A stretch of DNA of 64,000 nucleotides, taken from positions 65 to 64,064 of the forward strand of contig JAOUBY010000003.1 in NCBI GenBank assembly GCA_029860045.1, read 5' to 3'. A program made the position numbers and the translations under genes. How positions within the stretch are numbered: the first letter of the stretch is position 1; each line of letters starts with the position of its first letter. Positions 57,196 through 64,000 of the stretch are shown one piece after another. Origin of the DNA: Gammaproteobacteria bacterium. Lineage in GTDB: Bacteria; Pseudomonadota; Gammaproteobacteria; UBA9214. A model generated the notes under the pieces. It ran no database searches, was not told the origin of the DNA, and saw only the letters and a program-made list of their open reading frames with translations.

Positions 57196-59121
57196 ATGCA
57201 AGACACTACCGAAAGCGTGAGTCGCATGCCAGAACCAGAAAGCAGTAATAATAAAAAGACAATAACATTATATACGATAATTGCTTTCTTCTCGTTTGCA
57301 TTCATCTACTCACAGTACATGGACGGGCTGAACACCTCAGGCCTGTCTGGAGGGTTATCTCTTTATATTGACTTCTCATGCTGGCTGCATTTCCTGACTT
57401 TCTCGTCAATTGCATTTCTGGTTGTTTATTTTGTTGAAAGAATTCTGGAGCGAAGAAATAAACTGCGGCTGGTGTTATTTGCCGTTACCGGCTCTCTGTT
57501 AACGATTTATCTCTATGTAGACAGCAAGATCTACAGCACAATGAATCTGCATATTAACCGGTTCGTAATCGAGGCCCTTATGCAGGAAGATGCTCTGAAT
57601 GAGATTGGAGTATCACCGAAACTTCTGATTTTGACGGTATTGCCAGTATTCCTTTTTCTCGCTGCTCACTTCCTGATTTCACCACTGTCGAGGCTTCCGG
57701 TCGCAACAGTTAAGTTTGGCAGAAGGAATATTGTAATATTTTTTCTTGTGCTGGCTGCGCTTGTTGGTATCGACAAGTTATTGTTTTCCTATTTTTATTT
57801 CAAGGCACAACCATTCGTATTCCAGTTAAGGGAAGCCCCGCCAGCGTATCTTGTGCCTCACCCCTATCACATCAGCAAGTTATATGGTTATTTGCTCGGG
57901 AAAGATCCGAAGACAAGTTTCACCGAGCCGTTGGGTAGAGGTGCGGTTGCTTCTGAATCAGAACATCTGGATTACCCGGTCAATCCGCAAGGCGACGACA
58001 TTGCAACAATCCACGATTACAATATCGTGATGGTAGTGATCGAAAGTCTCAGACAACAGAATGTCGATTCACAAACAGCCCCTTTTTATACAAAACTGGC
58101 CAAAGAAACTATAGAGGCAAATAATCATTACACCGGTGGCAATACAACGCATTTCGGCATTTTTTCGCTGCTTTATGGCCTGAACCCCTATTATTTTCAT
58201 GATTTCCGGCTCAGCCAGGTGCCCCCTGTCGGGATATCCCTGCTCAGGGAAAATGGATATTCGGTTTATTCAACCACGGCAAGAACCATGCGCTGGTATG
58301 ACATGGATAAATTCATGCTGGGGAAGAATCCGGATACTTTCATTCCAAAGGATGGTGAGAACTACGAGAGAGACAAACAGGTAACTGACAGGAGTATTGA
58401 AATTGCCAGGGACCATGAGAAAACCGGGAAGCCATATCTAAACTTTATACTTTACTATACAACGCATGCTGACTATGAACATCCGGACGCACACACGATA
58501 TTTGAGCCGGAGATAAAAGGAAGAGTGGATTATTCTGACAAGGAATTAAGAGGCAGAGACAGGCAGAAACTGGTTAACAGGTATAAGAATGCCATCCATT
58601 ATGTGGATTCTGAACTTGAGCGACTGGTTACCGGGTTACGAAAAACCGGGGCCTGGGATAATACTATCCTGATAGTTACCAGTGATCATGGCGAGGAATT
58701 CTTCGAAGAAAACAGTTTCGGCCACAACTCAAATCTTAATGAATATCAGATGAGAGTGCCTCTATTAATGCATATACCAGGTAAGGGAAATGGCGATATC
58801 GAAAAGCTCACCTCTCACATGGATGTTATGCAAACTGTTCTTGGGGAGATATTCAATACAACAATTGAAGAGATGCCATTTCAGGGCAGAAATATTCTGT
58901 CAGATGATGCTGGTGTCGTTTATGTCGCGAAGGCGCATTATCAGAGGCCCGGCGCATATGCAATACTGGGTGATGAACAGAGGGTCGACGTTAATTTGCA
59001 TGGTGGTTTCCTGGAAATAGAATCAGTGTCATCCGAAGGGGAGGCGAGTAAGGATGGTGATAGTGAGATGCGTCACGGAATGATCGGTTTGCTGAAGCAA
59101 ATACAGGAACTGAGAAAATGA
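57196..59121 (+). CDS. Membrane-anchored sulfatase/alkaline phosphatase superfamily protein (YejM/LTA synthase-like)
   Basis: About five N-terminal TMs; VIESLR, TGGNTT..GIFSLLYG, TTH..Y, TSDHGEEF..GH. Start codon uncertain. Confidence 0.82.
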   Translation: MQDTTESVSRMPEPESSNNKKTITLYTIIAFFSFAFIYSQYMDGLNTSGLSGGLSLYIDFSCWLHFLTFSSIAFLVVYFVERILERRNKLRLVLFAVTGSLLTIYLYVDSKIYSTMNLHINRFVIEALMQEDALNEIGVSPKLLILTVLPVFLFLAAHFLISPLSRLPVATVKFGRRNIVIFFLVLAALVGIDKLLFSYFYFKAQPFVFQLREAPPAYLVPHPYHISKLYGYLLGKDPKTSFTEPLGRGAVASESEHLDYPVNPQGDDIATIHDYNIVMVVIESLRQQNVDSQTAPFYTKLAKETIEANNHYTGGNTTHFGIFSLLYGLNPYYFHDFRLSQVPPVGISLLRENGYSVYSTTARTMRWYDMDKFMLGKNPDTFIPKDGENYERDKQVTDRSIEIARDHEKTGKPYLNFILYYTTHADYEHPDAHTIFEPEIKGRVDYSDKELRGRDRQKLVNRYKNAIHYVDSELERLVTGLRKTGAWDNTILIVTSDHGEEFFEENSFGHNSNLNEYQMRVPLLMHIPGKGNGDIEKLTSHMDVMQTVLGEIFNTTIEEMPFQGRNILSDDAGVVYVAKAHYQRPGAYAILGDEQRVDVNLHGGFLEIESVSSEGEASKDGDSEMRHGMIGLLKQIQELRK

Positions 59122-59323
59122 CCGACGTGCCGGTACCGGCTTGACGGCAGCGCCTGCCAGTTTGGCTTCAAGCCACGAATGTTGTGATTTTAAAAACCCG
59201 GTTACAGAGATTCTCACACAGAAAATTTATCTTCATATAGTTACACAGGGTGTTTTTCCAATGTGTGCACCATTCGGGAATTTCTATGATATTGGCTGAG
59301 TACGCCACTTCAGAACTCACTAT

Positions 59324-60340
59324 ATGACGACTTCAGCTACAACTGCCGTATCAACCAGTGGGAAAGGTCTGATTATCGGCCTCCTGGTGTTGCTTGGCGT
59401 AGAGTTATACCTGCACAACGATGACTTTCTTTATCGTTACCGCTCGGTTTTTGCAGTGGGGCGGGCGGCTGACAAAATCACCCACGTAGTAGAGGTGCAG
59501 CCAACCATCGTGTTTATGGGTAACAGCCGGGTGGACAACGGGGTTGAACCGGAACTGGTATCTTCCATTCTGAACCTGCGTCGGGGAGAGGTTTTTAACC
59601 TCGGCATTCCTGGACAGAACACTCGCGTGCTTTCCGGCGTGGTGCGTGAACTGGAACGCAGGGGTGCGTTATCGGCAGTCCAGTTGCAATGCGTCATGAT
59701 TGGCCTGGATGCCACCTTTTTTTACCCGGCAGATGAACTGAACTATTCTGTATTTTTTGCTGATCGCTGGGAGATGGCTGCCGCCGGCGAGTACCGTGAT
59801 CTGCTTTCGTCGGTGTTCCGGCTATGGGGCTTCTCGCCCAATCTTAAAGGGTTGCGGGAGCCTGCGCGTATACAGGACTTTATTGCGGCTACACTGACCG
59901 ACCGGGATCCCTGGGGTGGCAGCGTCCAGGATAATCTGGGCTTTCGCGCCAAGCACGAGCGACTGACCCCGGCGCAGAGCAACGAGGTGCCGGAGCAAGA
60001 GGCGCCAGGGGCGCTGGACATCCAGGCCCGTGTCTACCTGCTTGCTGCCATCGACCGGCTGCTGGCGCGTGGCATCAGTGTGGGCGTGTTTTTTACGCCG
60101 CAGTACAGACGCAGCAATGAGTTCGAGTGGAACGGACCGGGTAGTGATACCTACAGACAGTTGCTGGCAGACATCCAGGACCGGGGTGTGGCGCTGGTTC
60201 ACGTGGCGGATCTGGGAACGTACGGGGCTGATCTGTTCTCGAATCCGGGTCACCTGAACGAGGCGGGGGCCCGCCGCTATTCCACCGCGCTGGCGCAGGC
60301 CATGCATGGCCGGTGCCCCGCTACTGGTGCAACGCAGTGA
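59324..60340 (+). CDS. Periplasmic SGNH-like protein (partner of the MBOAT O-acylation system)
   Basis: N-terminal TM, FMGNSR, FNLGIPG, C-terminal PGHLN..GA; stop overlaps the MBOAT start. Confidence 0.7.
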   Translation: MTTSATTAVSTSGKGLIIGLLVLLGVELYLHNDDFLYRYRSVFAVGRAADKITHVVEVQPTIVFMGNSRVDNGVEPELVSSILNLRRGEVFNLGIPGQNTRVLSGVVRELERRGALSAVQLQCVMIGLDATFFYPADELNYSVFFADRWEMAAAGEYRDLLSSVFRLWGFSPNLKGLREPARIQDFIAATLTDRDPWGGSVQDNLGFRAKHERLTPAQSNEVPEQEAPGALDIQARVYLLAAIDRLLARGISVGVFFTPQYRRSNEFEWNGPGSDTYRQLLADIQDRGVALVHVADLGTYGADLFSNPGHLNEAGARRYSTALAQAMHGRCPATGATQ

Positions 60341-61779
60341 TCTTCAGCAGCTTCTCCTTCATCCTGTTTTTTCTGGCGTTGCTGGCGATTTACGCCCGGT
60401 TGACCTCGGTCAAGCAGCGTTCCGGGCTCCTGCTGGCGGGCAGCATCCTTTTCTATGCGTCATGGGAACCTGTTTATCTGCTCCTGCTTGGCAGTTCCCT
60501 GCTCATTAATCACCGGCTGTATCTTCACATCCTGGAGCGGCGGTCCCGCTCCTGGGTTTTGCTGGGCATTGTCATCAACCTGGCGGTGCTGGGAGCGTTC
60601 AAATATCTCGGCCTGGTATTCGAGACCGGGTCCTGGTTTGCGCATCTGTTCGATAACAGTGTAGTAGTGGCCCGGCCCGAATGGGCGAACTGGGTGCTGC
60701 CCCTGGGGATCAGCTTCTTCACGTTCCAGATGCTCAGTGCGCTTATCGATGCGTACCGCGGGGAGTGGAAGCGGGCGGTGGGCTTTCGCGAGTGGTGCCT
60801 GTACGTGACCTTCTTCCCGCAACTGATTGCCGGGCCCATCGTGCGGCCTCACCAGCTTTTCGATCAACTGGAGGGGCTCCGACCACTGTCGTCTGCCAAT
60901 CTGAGGATCGGGGCAGTGATCTTTGCAGGCGGGCTCATCAAGAAATCCGTGTTTGCCGACAACCTTGGCCCTATCGTAGACCGACTGTATTCCCATCCGG
61001 AGCAACTGGATTTCTTTCTGTCCTGGCTCGCCACCACAGCGTTCGGGATGCAGATTTACCTGGATTTTTCCGGGTACAGTGAGATGGCTATCGGGTTGGC
61101 CTGGATGCTGGGTATAACGTTACCGCGGAACTTCCTGTACCCCTATATCAGTCGCAACTTCAGCGAGTTCTGGACTCGCTGGCACGTGACACTGTCGTGC
61201 TGGCTGCGGGACTATCTGTACATCCCTTTGGGGGGGTCGCGTTGTTCCCTGTCACGCACCTACCTCAACCTGATGGTTACCATGCTGCTGGGCGGATTGT
61301 GGCACGGGGCTGGCTGGACATTCGTATTTTGGGGTTTTCTGCACGGTAGTTATCTGGTCATTTATCACGCCCTGTCGCGTCTGTATGGCGCCTGGGGATT
61401 GGTGCGGGATCAGGGGCCGGGGCGCATTCTGTCCCTGCTGGGGTGGCCGCTGACCTTCGCGCTCACTTCGTTCACCTGGGTGTTTTTCCGCGCGCCATCC
61501 TTCGAGCGCGCCTGGACCACAAGCGGGACCATGCTGGGCCTGCTACACCCTGTCGGGGCACTGATCAGTGTGCGGACGTACGAGGTGGCGATGATCCTGG
61601 GTACCTTCGGACTGGTGCTGATGGAGCCGCTGATTGTGGGCTGGTTCGAGAAGAAGGGCGTTGATTGGTGGTGGGTGAAGGTGCCATTCGCTGTACGTGG
61701 TTTTGCCTATGCGGGCGTAACACTATTCGTGGTGATTATGGGCGGACACACCCAGAAGTTCATTTACTTCGATTTTTGA
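60337..61779 (+). CDS. MBOAT family O-acyltransferase (AlgI/DltB-like)
   Basis: LPLGISFFTFQ, FFPQLIAGPI, YLDFSGYS.MAIG, FWTRWH.TLS.WLRDYLYIPLGG, GLWHGA, FIYFDF. Confidence 0.95.
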   Translation: MIFSSFSFILFFLALLAIYARLTSVKQRSGLLLAGSILFYASWEPVYLLLLGSSLLINHRLYLHILERRSRSWVLLGIVINLAVLGAFKYLGLVFETGSWFAHLFDNSVVVARPEWANWVLPLGISFFTFQMLSALIDAYRGEWKRAVGFREWCLYVTFFPQLIAGPIVRPHQLFDQLEGLRPLSSANLRIGAVIFAGGLIKKSVFADNLGPIVDRLYSHPEQLDFFLSWLATTAFGMQIYLDFSGYSEMAIGLAWMLGITLPRNFLYPYISRNFSEFWTRWHVTLSCWLRDYLYIPLGGSRCSLSRTYLNLMVTMLLGGLWHGAGWTFVFWGFLHGSYLVIYHALSRLYGAWGLVRDQGPGRILSLLGWPLTFALTSFTWVFFRAPSFERAWTTSGTMLGLLHPVGALISVRTYEVAMILGTFGLVLMEPLIVGWFEKKGVDWWWVKVPFAVRGFAYAGVTLFVVIMGGHTQKFIYFDF

Positions 61780-62110
61780 TCACCCGGAAGAAATCGTGCA
61801 GGAAATGCTGTTTTACAGAAGTGGCTTCCGGCCGGTGGAGTATTCACTATTATTCTGTCATGGACGATACAGGTTGAGCTTGTTCTGTTGCAGCCGAACG
61901 CAGGGAAAAGCGCATGCAGATGGTATACCTGTATCCGGTTTCTTCACTCATCAGGTTGGAATATTTATCAACAGTCCTGTCTTTGACTGGAGCGTAACGT
62001 TATGACAATATTAATGTTTTGTGGATAACGTGCCGATATTTACAAGGCTGCGTGCAAGCGCTCCTGGCGCTTTGTCATACTCTTCAAGATTAAGGCTCAG
62101 AGGTATTTGA

Positions 62111-64000
62111 TTGGATAAGATACCGGGATTCGATACCGATGTTGCCGGGCGGCCGCTGATTGGGCCGGAGCCGGAGAGTCTGTATGCATACGGTGATCTT
62201 ATCCGGCGCACCGAACAGCTTATCCTGACCCAGTTTGGCAGGGGTTTGGTATCGGGTACCACGCACACCTGTCTGGGACAGGAGTTGTGCCAGATGGCTG
62301 TTGTGCGCGCCCTCGTGCATCCGGACGATGTCGTGCTTTCCAATCATCGTAACCATGGACATTTTCTCACTTACTCGGGTGAGTTTACCGGCCTGGTGGC
62401 AGAGGTCATGGGTCGGGAGGCCGGCGTTTGTGGTGGTCACGGTGGTAGCCAGCATCTGGCTTACAGGCATTTCCACAGCAACGGTGTTCAGGGTGGCATG
62501 TCAGGCATTGGCGTCGGGCTGGGACTGGCCAGAAAGCTGGACGATAGCGAAAGTATCGTCGTGGTCATGCTTGGCGACGGAACCCTGGGTCAGGGTCTCC
62601 TGTATGAGAGCCTGAACCTTGCCTCGGTCTGGGATATCCCCATACTGTTCGTAGTAGAAAACAACGGCATTGCGCAAACAACTGACACCTCCAGCACCAT
62701 AGGCGGAAGCATCGAAGGGCGGGGTAAGGCATTCGGCTTGTCTACCTGGCGCCTTGATGATGCCGATCCGCTATTGTTTGAACAGGTAGAGAAGGTCGTC
62801 GAGGAAGTCCGGCACAGCAACAGACCCGGTTTCCTTATTATTGACACCAGGCGCCTGGGACCGCACAGCAAGGGTGACGATTTGCGCCCGGAGAGTGAGA
62901 AGCAGGCGATCATCCAGCGCGATCCGCTGACCGCACTCGGGCAGCGCTTGCCGGAACAGACCCGGTTAGCCATAGAAGAACTCAACCAGACCTTTATTCG
63001 GGAGGTAGAGGCTGCAGCAACTGCTTCTCCGGATGCTTGTTTCGCAGACCCGCCCAGACACATTTTTTCCTGTACAGATATGGAACCCGAAGGGACGGGA
63101 AACATATCGTCCATGGGCGGGCAGAGTGAAAACGTCAGAACACACCTGAACAGGGCCCTGCACCATTTACTTGAGACCTCGGATAAAACGATCGTACTGG
63201 GGGAGGATCTTCACGATCCTTACGGAGGGGCCTTCAAGGTGACTGAAGGTCTCACTTCGAAGTTCTCCGGGCGGGTGTTTTCAACGCCGATTAGCGAGGC
63301 GGGAATCACGGGTGTCTCGATCGGATTGTCCGTTGCCGGTTATCGTCCGGTGATGGAAGTCATGTTTGCAGACTTTCTGACGCTCTGCATGGACCAGTTG
63401 TACAACCATGCAGTCAAGTTCCCGGGGGTATTCAGGGATGTAGAGGTCCCTCTGGTGATCCGTGCGCCCAGCGGCGGAGGGCGCGGCTACGGCCCGACCC
63501 ACAGCCAGAGTCCGGAAAATATTTTTACCTCGGTTCCTGGCCTCACCGTTGTCTTTGGCAGTCACCGGCATGACGTGGCCGGCCTGCTGGTCAATGCCAC
63601 TAACGCGTGGCGATACCCGGTATTGTTTCTGGAACACAAACTGCTTTATGCGCAAAATCAGGATCCGGGTGAATTCGTGCCTCTGGATACCGATGCGGAC
63701 GATGTGGCAACCCAGCTTTTCCCTACCCTGATCAGGCGCCGTGAAAGGCCTGACATTACCATCCTGACCTATGGCGGCATGCTGCCTCTGGTTGAAAAAG
63801 TGGCCGGATACCTGGAAGAGGAGGAGGAACTCGAGGTGGAGATTGTGGTACCCGCCTTGTTGTCGCCGCTACCGAGAGCCAGTCTGATCGCACACCTGGG
63901 AGGCAGTCCGCGGCTGGCCATCGTGGAGGAGGCGCATGATGATTTCGGGGTCGGTGCCGAAATCCTGGCCAGCCTGATGGAGGCCGGTTCTGGTGTTCGT
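62111..64000 (+). CDS. Fused thiamine-diphosphate-dependent dehydrogenase E1 alpha+beta subunit (pyruvate/2-oxoacid dehydrogenase-like); runs off the 3' end of the window
   Basis: Translated by hand from TTG at 62111 (GAGGT RBS): GTTHTCLGQE, SNHRNHGH, GGSQH, GDGTLGQG..ENN, GPHSKGDD, then in the same frame with no stop LGEDLHDPYGGAFKVT, TPISEAG, EVMFADF, YGPTHSQ, FLEHK. Confidence 0.9.
   Translation, partial: MDKIPGFDTDVAGRPLIGPEPESLYAYGDLIRRTEQLILTQFGRGLVSGTTHTCLGQELCQMAVVRALVHPDDVVLSNHRNHGHFLTYSGEFTGLVAEVMGREAGVCGGHGGSQHLAYRHFHSNGVQGGMSGIGVGLGLARKLDDSESIVVVMLGDGTLGQGLLYESLNLASVWDIPILFVVENNGIAQTTDTSSTIGGSIEGRGKAFGLSTWRLDDADPLLFEQVEKVVEEVRHSNRPGFLIIDTRRLGPHSKGDDLRPESEKQAIIQRDPLTALGQRLPEQTRLAIEELNQTFIREVEAAATASPDACFADPPRHIFSCTDMEPEGTGNISSMGGQSENVRTHLNRALHHLLETSDKTIVLGEDLHDPYGGAFKVTEGLTSKFSGRVFSTPISEAGITGVSIGLSVAGYRPVMEVMFADFLTLCMDQLYNHAVKFPGVFRDVEVPLVIRAPSGGGRGYGPTHSQSPENIFTSVPGLTVVFGSHRHDVAGLLVNATNAWRYPVLFLEHKLLYAQNQDPGEFVPLDTDADDVATQLFPTLIRRRERPDITILTYGGMLPLVEKVAGYLEEEEELEVEIVVPALLSPLPRASLIAHLGGSPRLAIVEEAHDDFGVGAEILASLMEAGSGVR

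Noticed and set aside
1..64000. CRISPR arrays, tRNA/rRNA genes, transposases, integrases
   Set aside because: No spaced repeats, RNA gene signatures or recombinase motifs were seen by eye.

Overview
This is bacterial DNA of moderately high GC, probably from a gammaproteobacterium (inference from gene content). Nearly the whole window is one large PEP-CTERM/exosortase A (XrtA) surface-protein and exopolysaccharide locus. In order it contains: (1) the tail of a copper module (two-domain multicopper-oxidase-like protein, an unknown exported protein, SCO); (2) the priming sugar transferase, prsK, prsR and two tandem prsT TPR genes; (3) an accessory block with a GT1-like glycosyltransferase, a stand-alone E2-like acyltransferase lacking its catalytic His, a PEP-CTERM protein with an anchor-less paralog, and a membrane hexapeptide acyltransferase; (4) a lipid-metabolite cassette of two LolC/E-like permeases, a LolA-like sorting protein, a LolD-like ATPase, a ThiF-nitroreductase fusion (OxzB-like oxazolone synthetase), two N-acyl amino acid synthase-like acyltransferases and a SPOR-beta-barrel fusion; (5) the canonical wza/wzc/ATPase/wecB/deacetylase/femAB/GT/xrtA/amidotransferase operon; (6) a variable tailoring region ending in a fused E1 alpha-beta dehydrogenase that runs off the window and is missing from the ORF track. 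Reading the DNA directly shows three sigma-54 promoters, three TGT-N11-ACA enhancer boxes and a perfect CRP-type palindrome. The best candidate for an undescribed system is the oxazolone/N-acyl amino acid synthesis plus dedicated Lol-like export cassette, embedded in and apparently co-regulated with the exosortase system. All family names are recognised from motifs and synteny by eye; no searches were run.
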